From contig CAZFPT010000002.1 of assembly GCA_964521005.1 (NCBI GenBank), forward strand, positions 1-62,929: DNA of 62,929 nt, written 5' to 3'. Shown here piece by piece: positions 1 through 9,206 of the stretch. Numbering within the stretch: the first letter of the stretch is position 1; every line of letters begins with the position of its first letter. This stretch comes from an uncultured Planctomycetaceae bacterium (GTDB lineage Bacteria > Planctomycetota > Phycisphaerae > SM23-33). The notes beneath the pieces are model-generated. The model was not told the DNA's origin. It did no database searches and was given only the letters and a program-made list of their open reading frames with translations. A program made the translations under genes and the position numbers.

Positions 1-145
1 TTCGGTAGTCGTTCGACAGGTCCTTCTCGCCGGACAGAATGACCTTGACGTGCACATCGCTGGTGCTCAGCCATTTCCACAGGACCGGGACGATCTGGTC
101 CACGTCGTTGTTGTGGCGAAGAAAAACCAAGGCCTTACGCGTCAT
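1..145 (-). CDS. hypothetical protein, N-terminal part only (gene runs off the window start)
   Basis: An ATG at 145-143 (minus) overlaps the last 11 nt of the wzt-like gene. 48 codons stay open to position 2 (MTRKALVFLRHNNDVDQIVPVLWKWLSTSDVHVKVILSGEKDLSNDYR). The composition is not shadow-ORF-like. No family recognised. Confidence 0.35.
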   Translation of the reverse strand, partial: MTRKALVFLRHNNDVDQIVPVLWKWLSTSDVHVKVILSGEKDLSNDYR

Positions 146-1430
146 GGCTGCCCCCCTTGCGGACGTCCCATCGGCCTTCAGGAAGAAAGGCAGCCGACGC
201 GCCGTGGACCTTCCCGGTTCCGTAGAAGTCGGCCTCAGTCACCTCGATCCGCGCGGCCCGGTAGATGCGATCCTCGGACACACCATGGTTGTTCAACTGC
301 AGATTCAGCATGTACTCACCAGGCGTCACGTTCACCTTGTTCCAATGACACCGAAAACAGTCGCCTGCTTGCATGGGTGCCGGGACGAACCCCATCTTGT
401 CGCTGATGAAGTGACAGATGCTCTCGCCGGCTGTGGAAAGCACGTGTATGTGCATGGTCGGGCATGCCATGCCCTGAACCCGTCGGCCGACCTCGACTTC
501 CATGGTAAGGCCGGATCCGACGGGAACGTGCGGCGAGAGCCCCTCCGACGTCCGAAGCCGCAAAGCCTCCAACGCCGGTACGCTCCCATCGTCGCGAAGC
601 GGATGGTCGCTTAAATCCACTTCCGCTGACAGAAGCGAATCCTGTGGCGAGAGATACTTCTGCGTGACCGCCCTCGGCTCGTCCTCCATTGTAATCTGCC
701 CGTCTTCCAGCAGAATCGCCCGGTCGCAGAGGGCTTCGATCGAGGGCATGTTATGGCTGACGAACAGAATCGTCCTGCCCTGCGAGGTGAGCCCTTCCAT
801 CTTGCCCAGGCAGCGCCGCTGGAACTCCGCGTCGCCCACGGCGAGCACCTCGTCGATCAGCAGGATCTCCGGATCCAGGTGGGCGGCGACGGCAAAGCCC
901 AGCCGCACGCGCATCCCGCTGGAGTAGCGTTTGATCGGCGTGTCGAGGAATTTCGAAACGCCGGAGAAGTCCACGATCTCATCAAACTGTTCACGAATCT
1001 CGCGATTCTTCATCCCCAGCATCGCCCCGCTGAGGTAGATATTCTCCCGGCCGGTGAGCTCGGGATGGAACCCCGTGCCCACTTCCAGCAGACTGCCCAC
1101 CCTGCCGCGAATCACAGCCCGGCCGGTGGTTGGCTCGGTGATGCGGGTCAGCAGCTTCAGCAGGGTGCTCTTTCCGGCTCCGTTCTGGCCGATGACCCCA
1201 AGCACCTCCCCGCGCGGGACCTCGAAAGAGACGTCCCGCAGCGCCCAGATGGTGTCTTCCTCGCGGTGCGACGATCGGCCGAAACGTCGGATCCGGTCGA
1301 TCGGCGCCATCAGCAAGTCCCGGAAGAACTGCGAGGCGGTCCGCTCCCTCTGGGCCGCCCCGATGTGGTAGCGTTTGCCTAACCCTTCGACCTGGATTGC
1401 CGCGTCTGCCAAATGAGAACCCTTCACCAC
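135..1430 (-). CDS. polysaccharide/O-antigen ABC exporter ATP-binding protein (Wzt/TagH-like) with C-terminal substrate-binding-type domain
   Basis: Walker A GQNGAGKSTLLKLL, signature YSSGMRVRLGFA and Walker B ILLIDEVLAVGD are present, plus a roughly 190-aa C-terminal extension as in Wzt. The ORF is open to 1520 but would then overlap the permease by 85 nt. GTG codons at 1430 and 1427 lie 4-7 nt after the permease stop, so the start is placed there; the start is uncertain. Confidence 0.85.
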   Translation of the reverse strand: MVKGSHLADAAIQVEGLGKRYHIGAAQRERTASQFFRDLLMAPIDRIRRFGRSSHREEDTIWALRDVSFEVPRGEVLGVIGQNGAGKSTLLKLLTRITEPTTGRAVIRGRVGSLLEVGTGFHPELTGRENIYLSGAMLGMKNREIREQFDEIVDFSGVSKFLDTPIKRYSSGMRVRLGFAVAAHLDPEILLIDEVLAVGDAEFQRRCLGKMEGLTSQGRTILFVSHNMPSIEALCDRAILLEDGQITMEDEPRAVTQKYLSPQDSLLSAEVDLSDHPLRDDGSVPALEALRLRTSEGLSPHVPVGSGLTMEVEVGRRVQGMACPTMHIHVLSTAGESICHFISDKMGFVPAPMQAGDCFRCHWNKVNVTPGEYMLNLQLNNHGVSEDRIYRAARIEVTEADFYGTGKVHGASAAFLPEGRWDVRKGGSHDA

Positions 1431-1434
1431 CGCT

Positions 1435-2322
1435 TTACACAATGTCCGCAAACTTCCGCTCGATGCGACGGAAGCACAGCAGGCCGATCGGCAGAAGAAC
1501 CAACGCCACCACCGTGCCAATCGCCATACTGCTCCAGTCGACGTCCTTGCCCAGAATCGCCGAGCGGTATCCGTCCACGACGGCCGTCATCGGATTGAGG
1601 TCGATCAGCCACCGCCAGCCCTCCGGAACGATCTTCACCGAGTACACCACCGGCGTGACGTACATCCACAGCTGTACCATGAACTGCGTGATGAACCGGA
1701 AATCGCGATACGCCGCCGTCAGCGCACCCATGATCGTACCCACTCCCAACGAGACGGCCATCGCCAGCACGGTCAGCGGAATTACCCCGAGGATGCCCCA
1801 GCGCAGCGGCACGCCGTATCCGATCATCAGGGCCACCAGCACCAGAAAGGCGATCGCCAGATCCACCAGCTGCACGCCCAGCGTGGAGATCGGGATCACC
1901 AGCCGGGGAAAGTAAACCTTGGTCATCAAGGGGCCCTGCGAGACCAGGCTGTTGGCGATCTTGGTGAACGTGCCCGAGAAGTATCCCCACGGCAGCAGTC
2001 CGGCGTATACGAAAATCGCGTAGGGGTACCCTTCCGAGTTCACCTGGATGAGCTTGCCGAAAATCACCGTGAACACAATCATCCGGATCACCGGACCCAG
2101 CAACCCCCAGAAAAACCCGAGTACCGTCTGTTTGTAGCGAACCTTCAGGTCGCGCCAGATGAACATGCTCAGCAACTCACGCGCGCGCCACGTCTCACGC
2201 AGTCCGATCTGGAAAAACGGAGCATCTGCCGAGATGACCGTCTCATTCGGATCCGCCTGGGTGGATGACTCCCCCGGTGAGGACTCCGTTCCTCCCTGGC
2301 GGCGATCCTGAAGTTCGACCAT
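1435..2322 (-). CDS. ABC-2 type polysaccharide exporter permease (Wzm/TagG-like)
   Basis: A 295-aa multi-TM protein with the typical ABC-2 N-terminal block WRARELLSMFIWRDLKVRYKQTVLGFFWGLLGP. It sits directly upstream of the ATPase gene. Confidence 0.85.
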   Translation of the reverse strand: MVELQDRRQGGTESSPGESSTQADPNETVISADAPFFQIGLRETWRARELLSMFIWRDLKVRYKQTVLGFFWGLLGPVIRMIVFTVIFGKLIQVNSEGYPYAIFVYAGLLPWGYFSGTFTKIANSLVSQGPLMTKVYFPRLVIPISTLGVQLVDLAIAFLVLVALMIGYGVPLRWGILGVIPLTVLAMAVSLGVGTIMGALTAAYRDFRFITQFMVQLWMYVTPVVYSVKIVPEGWRWLIDLNPMTAVVDGYRSAILGKDVDWSSMAIGTVVALVLLPIGLLCFRRIERKFADIV

Positions 2323-2514
2323 GTGTGCCCGTTCCGTCGCTGAGCCATCCCCGGAGGGCGACTCGGTTCGATGCTGTCATCCCCAGGACGCACCAAACGC
2401 GTCCTGCCGTCGACGCAGTGATACCCGAACCACGGCGGAACTGTCAACATTACGCGACGACGGCAATTCCCACAAACGCCCCCAACCCGCCCGCGCAGAT
2501 GCCATCCCTCCGGC

Positions 2515-3414
2515 TCAGTCCACGTCCCACTGGTCGTTGCGCCAGATCAGCGCCGGGGCATTCTCCGTGAGATACTCCGACGAGCAGTACTTGCCTCGCT
2601 CGAAGCGGAACAGCGGAAGCTCAGCCCGCTCGAAGCTCTCGGCATGGCCGTCGACGCACAGCACGTTGGTCATCGTCCCCCGGTTATGTCGTCCGGCAAT
2701 GGTATACCACGCCCAGCCACGATGGACGTTCCAGCCGTCATAGACGGCCGCCAGTTCGCTGGTGCGCTTCAGATCGGTAATCTGGTACTGGAACTCCTGC
2801 GTCCCGCCGTACCCGTCGCGGGGCACCTTGGCGAACGGGAAATTGTGCACGTAGTACGTGTCGGCCGAGATGCCGTACCAGTTGTGAACGTACCAATCGT
2901 CGTCCTCCACGCTGCACAGTTGCGGCAGAGGCCCGTTCCACTTCGGGTTCCGCGGATCGCCCTCGGCCGAGCCCCTGCTGTTGCCCAGCGGCGAGATGTC
3001 CGTATTGCCCGACGCGCAGCGGAAGGCGGAAGGCGCATTGTCCAGCTCGTCGGGGTCTTCGACCGTCGGGGCGGCCACCAGCCCGAGTTTCACCAGGATC
3101 GTGGCCCATGACTCGCTGTGAGTGATGTCGTCCACCCACGGATCGTGGGCAGCCGGCGGGGCCGGCGTGTGGGCCGGGTCCTGCATCAGGGCGGGGACCA
3201 TGTACTCGTTCCACTCCTGGGTGTAGGTGTGCATCGCGGTGGCCAGGCCATGCAGGTTGGTCAGGCAGACGGTCTGCTCCGCCTGCTCACGAGCGGATTT
3301 CAACGACGGCAGCAGAATGCTTACCAGCAGCGCGATGATCGCGATGACCACCAGCAGCTCGATCAGCGTGAATCCGTCTGCAGCCCTGGCGTGATCCGGG
3401 GACGAACGCATCAT
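2515..3414 (-). CDS. prepilin-type N-terminal cleavage/methylation domain protein, DUF1559-like (type II pseudopilin-like)
   Basis: N-terminal [23 protein letters not shown] leader/methylation motif, and a C-terminal CVDGHAES block typical of the DUF1559 (H-X9-DG) family that is expanded in Planctomycetota. AAGGAG lies 7 nt before the ATG. Confidence 0.8.
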   Translation of the reverse strand: MMRSSPDHARAADGFTLIELLVVIAIIALLVSILLPSLKSAREQAEQTVCLTNLHGLATAMHTYTQEWNEYMVPALMQDPAHTPAPPAAHDPWVDDITHSESWATILVKLGLVAAPTVEDPDELDNAPSAFRCASGNTDISPLGNSRGSAEGDPRNPKWNGPLPQLCSVEDDDWYVHNWYGISADTYYVHNFPFAKVPRDGYGGTQEFQYQITDLKRTSELAAVYDGWNVHRGWAWYTIAGRHNRGTMTNVLCVDGHAESFERAELPLFRFERGKYCSSEYLTENAPALIWRNDQWDVD

Positions 3415-3519
3415 GAACCTGCTCCTTCATATACATCCGGGAAATGACCCGCTCGCGCGGGGGCCCAGCCATTGGCCAGGCTGTGGCGTGCGGGGGGCGT
3501 CCGGCAACCCGCCGCCGTT

Positions 3520-3568
3520 TTGATACCTCAGTAGATTCGAGTATAGCACAGCCGCCGGGACGCTCCAA
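3520..3568. promoter_or_regulatory. candidate face-to-face sigma70-like promoters in the divergent region between the pseudopilin gene and tkt
   Basis: Plus strand: TTGATA (3520-3525), 16 nt, TATAGC (3542-3547). Minus strand: TTGGAG (rc of 3563-3568), 17 nt, TATACT (rc of 3540-3545). The -10 boxes overlap. Motif match only. Confidence 0.25.
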
Positions 3569-3760
3569 GCGAAATGGCCCCCGACAGACCGCCTCGTCGC
3601 GCTCATTTCGCGCGGTTTCACCCCAGAATCGGGCGGCAAACCACTCCATTGCCTATTGCGAACCCCGCGTGGTTGCGGTAGGCTACCGGTCTTTGTCGCC
3701 CGGTTTGCGGCGGCATCGGTGTATGGAATCACGATCCGGAAACGCCTAACCTCGTTGGAG

Positions 3761-5716
3761 ATGACTATGGGACAATACAGTGACCTTGATCGCAAGGTGA
3801 TCAAGCTCAGCAAGCAGATCTGCCATATGTGTACCGAAGCCGGCAGCGGACATCCGTCCAGCGCCCTGTCGCTGGTGCACCTGACCACCGCCCTGATGTA
3901 CCGGGTGATGAACTACGACCCCAAGGACCCCTGGAACCCCAAGGCCGACCGTATCGTCCTGTCCGAAGGGCACGCCGTTCCGGTGGTTTACGCCGCCTAC
4001 TGCGAGCTGGGTGGCGTGGTCGGATCGCCCTCCAAGCCCCAGGCACTGAGCTTTGAGGACGCCCTCTCGCTCCGCGCCGCCGACAGCGTCATCGACGGGC
4101 ACCCCAACCCGGCCGAGGGCATGCCTCTCTTCGACGCGGCGACCGGTTCGCTGGGGCAGGGACTCTCGGTGGCCGCCGGACTGGGCAACGCCGCCAGGCT
4201 CGACGGGACCGACCGCAAGTTTTATTGCATGATCGGCGACGGCGAGTCCCGCGAGGGGCAGATCTGGGAAGCTGTCGACTACATCGCCGACTTCAAGCTC
4301 ACCAACGTCCGTGCCATCTTCAACTGCAACGGGCAAGGCCAGAGCGATTACGTCTCGCCGCAGCAGTCGGCCCAGACCCTCGCAGCCAAGCTCGAAGCAT
4401 ATGGCCTGGAGGTCAAGGTCATCGACGGGCACAACTGGGACGAGGTCTTCGAGGCCCTCACCGCCGAAGCGGGCGAAAAGCCCATCGCCATCATCGCCAA
4501 GACCGTCAAGGGCTGGGGCGTCGATGAGCTGCAGGCGGGCAACTACCACGGCAAGCCCCTCTCCTCAGAGCAGCTCGACCAGGCGATGGTGGACCTCGAA
4601 AAGAAGGCCACCGAACTCGGTGCCGACGAGCAGGACTCCGACGTGCTGGATGTCGAGGTCCCATCCTACGACGACGTGCCGGGCAAGATCACGATCTCGG
4701 CAGGTTCGTTCAGCGAGGCCCTCAAGGTCGTCGGGATGGAATCGGCCCTGGAGAAGAAAAAGCAGGCCACCCGCCGCTCCTACGGGGCCGCCCTGGTGGC
4801 GATGGGAACCGCCAGCGACCAGATCGTCGCCCTCGACGGCGACGTGAAGAACTCCACCTTCGCCCTGCCGTTCGCCGAGAAGTTCCCGGACCGCTTCTTC
4901 GAGTGTCGCATCGCCGAGCAGAACATGATCTCCGTGGCGGCAGGCCTCTCGGCGGCGGGCAAGGTCCCGTTCGTCTCGACGTTCGGGAAGTTCTTCACCC
5001 GCGCCTACGACCAGATCGAGATGGCCGTCATCTCCAACGCGAACATCAAGATGACCGGCTCGCACGCCGGCGTCTCGCTGGCGGCAGACGGACCCAGCCA
5101 GATGGCACTGTCGGACATGGCCTTCTTCCGCTCGTTCTGCCGCTCGAAGCGCGTTGACGGCGCCCCGGCGATGAGGCTGTTCCAGCCGGCCGACGCGGTG
5201 GCTGCCTTCAAGCTCACCGAGCTGATGGCCAACGTCGAGGGCATGTGCTACATGCGGACGCATCGCCCGGACGTTCCGTTCATCTACGACGAGGAAGAGG
5301 AGTTCACCGTCGGCGGGTACAAACACCTCATCGACGGCGAGGATATCGTCATCGTCTCCAGCGGCTACATGGTGCACGTCGCCAAGCAGGCCTGCGAGAT
5401 GCTCGAATCCCGCGGCCTCTCGGCCAGCCTCATCGACGCCTACTCCATGCCCCTGGACACCGACGAGATCCTCAAGATCGGCGATGACTGCCGCGGGCAG
5501 ATCCTCGTGGTCGAGGACAACTACGTCGGCGGCTTCGCGGATGAAATCGCCGCCGCCGCCGCCTGCAGCGATCTGGGCGTGATGGTCGAATCGATGTTCG
5601 TCCGCAACGTGCCCAAGTCCGCCAAGACGCCCGAAGCAACGCTCAAGCTCGTCGGCCTCACCGCCGAGGACATCGTCGCCAAGGCACAGAGCATGTTCGA
5701 TACCTCCGAGGGCTGA
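3761..5716 (+). CDS. tkt: transketolase (fused N- and C-terminal sections)
   Basis: GSGHPSSALS, the TPP motif GDGESREGQIWEA, and pyrimidine-binding and C-terminal domains are all present. The ATG at 3761 is preceded by GGAG. The longer ORF from 3656 adds an Arg-rich, non-conserved leader. Confidence 0.9.
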   Translation: MTMGQYSDLDRKVIKLSKQICHMCTEAGSGHPSSALSLVHLTTALMYRVMNYDPKDPWNPKADRIVLSEGHAVPVVYAAYCELGGVVGSPSKPQALSFEDALSLRAADSVIDGHPNPAEGMPLFDAATGSLGQGLSVAAGLGNAARLDGTDRKFYCMIGDGESREGQIWEAVDYIADFKLTNVRAIFNCNGQGQSDYVSPQQSAQTLAAKLEAYGLEVKVIDGHNWDEVFEALTAEAGEKPIAIIAKTVKGWGVDELQAGNYHGKPLSSEQLDQAMVDLEKKATELGADEQDSDVLDVEVPSYDDVPGKITISAGSFSEALKVVGMESALEKKKQATRRSYGAALVAMGTASDQIVALDGDVKNSTFALPFAEKFPDRFFECRIAEQNMISVAAGLSAAGKVPFVSTFGKFFTRAYDQIEMAVISNANIKMTGSHAGVSLAADGPSQMALSDMAFFRSFCRSKRVDGAPAMRLFQPADAVAAFKLTELMANVEGMCYMRTHRPDVPFIYDEEEEFTVGGYKHLIDGEDIVIVSSGYMVHVAKQACEMLESRGLSASLIDAYSMPLDTDEILKIGDDCRGQILVVEDNYVGGFADEIAAAAACSDLGVMVESMFVRNVPKSAKTPEATLKLVGLTAEDIVAKAQSMFDTSEG

Positions 5717-5743
5717 TCCCTCAGCAGGAAACGTTTTTTTCAC

Positions 5744-5777
5744 GCGGCGGGTCGATCGTTCGACCCGCCGCGTTTTC
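5744..5777 (+). terminator. rho-independent terminator after tkt
   Basis: Perfect 12-bp stem GCGGCGGGTCGA / TCGACCCGCCGC with a 4-nt loop, followed by GTTTTC. Confidence 0.7.
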
Positions 5778-5903
5778 ATGCGCCCCCGCCCCCCGGCGTT
5801 GCGGGCTCGGCGTCCGGGCCGTCATTTGACCCGAGATGGGAACTTTTTCCGGATTCATTCGTTTATCTCAGTGGGAACCCGACCACACGAAGGAGCTGTA
5901 TCC

Positions 5904-7844
5904 ATGCGAAATGTTCTGCTTTCGTTGCTGCTGGCTGTCTCGGCTGGGCTGTTCGTCGGCTGCGCCCGCACCCAGGCCGCCCACGACCCCAACACGCCCG
6001 AGGTCGCCTCGCCCAGGAAGGACGCCGACCAGGCCGAGAAGATCGAGCGACTCCACGAGATGGCCATCGCCCAGTATCGCAAGGGCAGCCTCAAACAGGC
6101 CCGCTCGACGCTGAAGATGATCCTGGAGATCGACCAGACCGACGCCCGCGCCTGGTACAACCTCGCCTGCATCGAAACCAGGCTCGGCCACCAGACCGAC
6201 GGCCTGGACGCCCTGACCCAGGCGGTCGAAAACGGCTACGCCAACGCCGACGGGATGGCCCGCGACGGCGACCTCGCCCCCCTGCGCGAAAACCACGAGA
6301 AGGCGTTCGGCGAGTTGCTCTCCCGCGCCCGCCAACTCAGGCAAAGCCGCGAACTCACCGGGGCCGGCAAGGAAGAGTCCGACAAGAAACAACTCGCCGA
6401 CGCCCGACGGATCGCCGCGATCAACCGTCGGCTGATTCCGCTGTTCAAGGAAGGCCAGTACACCCAGGCCCGCGGGCTACTGGACAAGATCCTCCAGATC
6501 GACCCGAACAACACCATCGCCCATTACAACCTCGCCTGCGCTTACAGCCGCATGGAGAAACCCGCCAAGGCGCTCGATGCCCTGGATCGGTCGATCGAGC
6601 TGGGCTACTCCGATTTCCGCCACATGCAGCGCGACCCGGACCTGGCCGCCATTCGCGGCACGAAGCAGTACCATGAGATCCTCCAGCGCAAAGACGAGAT
6701 CCAGCGCGCCCGGGCCGAGCGCATCGGCTCTCAGCTGCGCGAGCGGTTCGGCGACGAGTACCTCTATCGCATCTCGGATGAGAACAAGCTCGTGTTCGCC
6801 ACCAACACCGACAAGCCCACGCTGCTGGACATGGAACGCTATCTGACCGCCGTGGCCCGGGCCCAGTGGGCGATGCTCTTTACGCACCACTTCGAGCAGT
6901 ACGTGACCATCGTGATCCCCAAGACCGGCACGCTCAAAAGCAAGCGCATCGGCGGGTTCTACTCCCACACCCGTCGGCTGCTGGTGGCCAGGACGATCGG
7001 CATGGAGCTGACCCACGAGTTCACCCACGCCCTCCACGCCGCCGACCAGGACGGCCACGGGCAGCGACACCCCATCTGGATTACCGAGGGGTTCGCCACG
7101 CTGATGGAATCGTCGCGCATCGAGGACGGGCAGATCGTCCCCGAGGACAACGCCCGCCTGCTTCGCCTCAAGAATCATGTCAAACGCAAGAAGCACATCC
7201 CGTTCCCGGAGTTCTTCAAGCTCTCGCACACAGCCTTCATGAGACACCAGTACAAAAGCGGCGTCGCCTACGGCCAGACGCGGTACATCATGATGTACCT
7301 GCTGGAGAAGGACCTCCTCAAGCCCTGGTACGACGCCTACGTCGCCGGCTACGAGGACGACGCCAGCGGCATCGAGGCGATGGAGAAGGTCTTCGGGAAG
7401 GACATCGACGCCGTCGAAAAAGACTGGGCCCGATGGGTCCGCAAACGCAAGAACCCCCCGCTTCGGCTGCGAACCAAGCAGGGGTACATCGGCATCCAGA
7501 CGCGCGGGCAGGTCGACGGGTTGCGCGTCACCCGCGTGGTCCACGGCAGCGGGGCCCACGACGCCGGCGTCCGCCCGGGCGAGATCCTCACCAAAGTCGA
7601 CGACCGACGGGTAAGCAACTCCCACGCGCTGCTGCGCATCGTCACCAGCCACGACGTGGGCGACACGCTCAAGCTCACCCTGCGCGACGGCGAGACCTAC
7701 CGCGTCGTGCCCGTGACGCTCAAGGCCGTCCCGAAGAAAATCCCCCGGCGCGAGCAGAAACCCAAGCTCAAAGAGAAAATCGAGCAAACGGAAGACAAGA
7801 AGAACACCCCCGCCGACAAACCCGACAAGAAAAAGGCGGCGTAG
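5904..7844 (+). CDS. lipoprotein with N-terminal TPR repeats, a central HExxH (peptidase MA-like) region and a C-terminal PDZ domain
   Basis: AAGGAG lies 8 nt before the ATG at 5904. Signal peptide plus lipobox LFVGC. Repeated TPR-like blocks (AWYNLACIETRLG, AHYNLACAYSRME). The motif MELTHEFTHALH is HExxH. The C-terminal GLRVTRVVHGSGAHDAGVRPGEILTKVDD is PDZ-like, followed by a Lys-rich tail. Confidence 0.7.
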   Translation: MRNVLLSLLLAVSAGLFVGCARTQAAHDPNTPEVASPRKDADQAEKIERLHEMAIAQYRKGSLKQARSTLKMILEIDQTDARAWYNLACIETRLGHQTDGLDALTQAVENGYANADGMARDGDLAPLRENHEKAFGELLSRARQLRQSRELTGAGKEESDKKQLADARRIAAINRRLIPLFKEGQYTQARGLLDKILQIDPNNTIAHYNLACAYSRMEKPAKALDALDRSIELGYSDFRHMQRDPDLAAIRGTKQYHEILQRKDEIQRARAERIGSQLRERFGDEYLYRISDENKLVFATNTDKPTLLDMERYLTAVARAQWAMLFTHHFEQYVTIVIPKTGTLKSKRIGGFYSHTRRLLVARTIGMELTHEFTHALHAADQDGHGQRHPIWITEGFATLMESSRIEDGQIVPEDNARLLRLKNHVKRKKHIPFPEFFKLSHTAFMRHQYKSGVAYGQTRYIMMYLLEKDLLKPWYDAYVAGYEDDASGIEAMEKVFGKDIDAVEKDWARWVRKRKNPPLRLRTKQGYIGIQTRGQVDGLRVTRVVHGSGAHDAGVRPGEILTKVDDRRVSNSHALLRIVTSHDVGDTLKLTLRDGETYRVVPVTLKAVPKKIPRREQKPKLKEKIEQTEDKKNTPADKPDKKKAA

Positions 7845-7953
7845 GCGAAACAACACGGGCTTCGGATGGCCCGCATGCCGGCGATGGATCGCCATGGATC
7901 ACGTCTGTGAGGTCCCGAGAGTCGGCTGCGGGAAACCCGTGGCACCAGCTTCT

Positions 7954-8529
7954 CTACTGCTTCAGGAAGTTTTCCAGCAGGCGGAAGCCGGCGTCGGTGA
8001 GGAAGCTCTCGGGGTGGAACTGCACGCCCTCGGTGGGATTGGTCTTCGAGCGGATGCCCATCAGCTCGTTCTGGTCGACGGTGCAGGCTGTCTGCTCGAA
8101 CTCGTCGTCCAGGCCGTCGGGGTCCACCACAAGGCTGTGGTAGCGGGTGGCCACGAACGGGTTCTCCAACCCCGCGTAGACACCCTTCTCATCGTGGCGG
8201 ATCTCGCTGGTTTTCCCGTGCATCAGCCGACCCGCCCGAACCACCGTGCCACCGAACACCTGCCCGATGCACTGGTGCCCCAGACACACGCCCAGGAGCG
8301 GAACCTTGCCGTGGAAGTGGCGGACGTAATCGCAGCTCAGCCCGGCCTCGTTGGGCGTGCAGGGCCCGGGAGAGATGATCACGTGCGTGGGCGCGCAGGT
8401 CTGCTCTGCCTCTGCCGGCGGGAGCACGTCGTTGCGGACCACCTCGATGCGGTCGGCGTAGCCCAGCTCGCCGATACGCTGCACGAGGTTGTAGGTGAAG
8501 CTGTCGTAATTGTCGACGATCAGGATCAT
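7954..8529 (-). CDS. anthranilate/aminodeoxychorismate synthase glutamine amidotransferase component (TrpG/PabA)
   Basis: MILIVDNYDSFTYNLVQ, catalytic GVCLGHQ, and HPES near the C-terminus. The start is set at the Met matching the usual family N-terminus; the ORF is open to 8565. Confidence 0.9.
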   Translation of the reverse strand: MILIVDNYDSFTYNLVQRIGELGYADRIEVVRNDVLPPAEAEQTCAPTHVIISPGPCTPNEAGLSCDYVRHFHGKVPLLGVCLGHQCIGQVFGGTVVRAGRLMHGKTSEIRHDEKGVYAGLENPFVATRYHSLVVDPDGLDDEFEQTACTVDQNELMGIRSKTNPTEGVQFHPESFLTDAGFRLLENFLKQ

Positions 8530-8589
8530 CGCACGCATCCTACCGAGGCGGGGTTGGCCGATCAAGCTGCCGCGAGCTTTTCCGATACG

Positions 8590-9054
8590 TCAAGGCAGCA
8601 GCGGGAAACTCCGAACCAGCCAGCGCCCGTCGTCGGTGACCTCGAGGACGACCTGGCCGGTCGGGCTTTCCAGCCGATCGGTGTCCTGCCCGCGATAGAG
8701 AAAGAAGAGTTTCACGTCGAAGAGGTACCGCCCCTCCGCCAGCCGCGTTCCGCCGTGAATCTCGTAGGCCAGGTGGACCGGATTGCCGTCCTGCGAGAGG
8801 ACCCCGCGGATGAGCGACTCGGGATGCTTCTTGACCAGGCGCCCCTCCAGCATGGCCCTGGCCGCGTCGTAGTCGCCCTCTCGCCAGAGATGGCAGAACC
8901 GGTTGGCCGCCGACAGGGCGTCGGCGTATTCCCGGAGGCTCACCTGCCGGGCAGGGTCGTTCGGCTCTGCCGGCGGGGTGGGCTTCTCACAGCCGACGCC
9001 GGCAGCCAACACTGCCGCCGCGAGGATCCAGATGGCTCGCCGTGCCGCGTTCAT
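8590..9054 (-). CDS. hypothetical lipoprotein
   Basis: MNAARRAIWILAAAVLAAGVGC is a signal peptide plus lipobox. No family recognised. The ORF upstream of this Met is Arg/Gly-rich junk. Confidence 0.55.
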   Translation of the reverse strand: MNAARRAIWILAAAVLAAGVGCEKPTPPAEPNDPARQVSLREYADALSAANRFCHLWREGDYDAARAMLEGRLVKKHPESLIRGVLSQDGNPVHLAYEIHGGTRLAEGRYLFDVKLFFLYRGQDTDRLESPTGQVVLEVTDDGRWLVRSFPLLP

Positions 9055-9206
9055 GCGAGTATGGTATCCGCGCCGGGGGACGCTGTCACGCGCCCCGCAA
9101 CCAAAAGCGATTTGACACCTTCGCGATGCCCGGTAGGATGTGCAGTCCGAACCGCCGGAGGCTCCGATTGTGCGCCGTCCGGGGCGATTCGACGAAAGGC
9201 GACCCC

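Noticed and set aside
3656-3760. N-terminal ORF extensions given by the six-frame track. Affected genes are tkt from 3656, 5778 for the TPR protein, 9042 for pheT, 25274 for mnmE, 27563 for the YbaK-like gene, 36496 for thiL, 62736 for dapF and 47975 for the secretin.
   Set aside because: The extensions are Arg/Pro-rich, overlap upstream genes or repeats, and lack an SD. Internal starts match family N-termini and have SD sequences.
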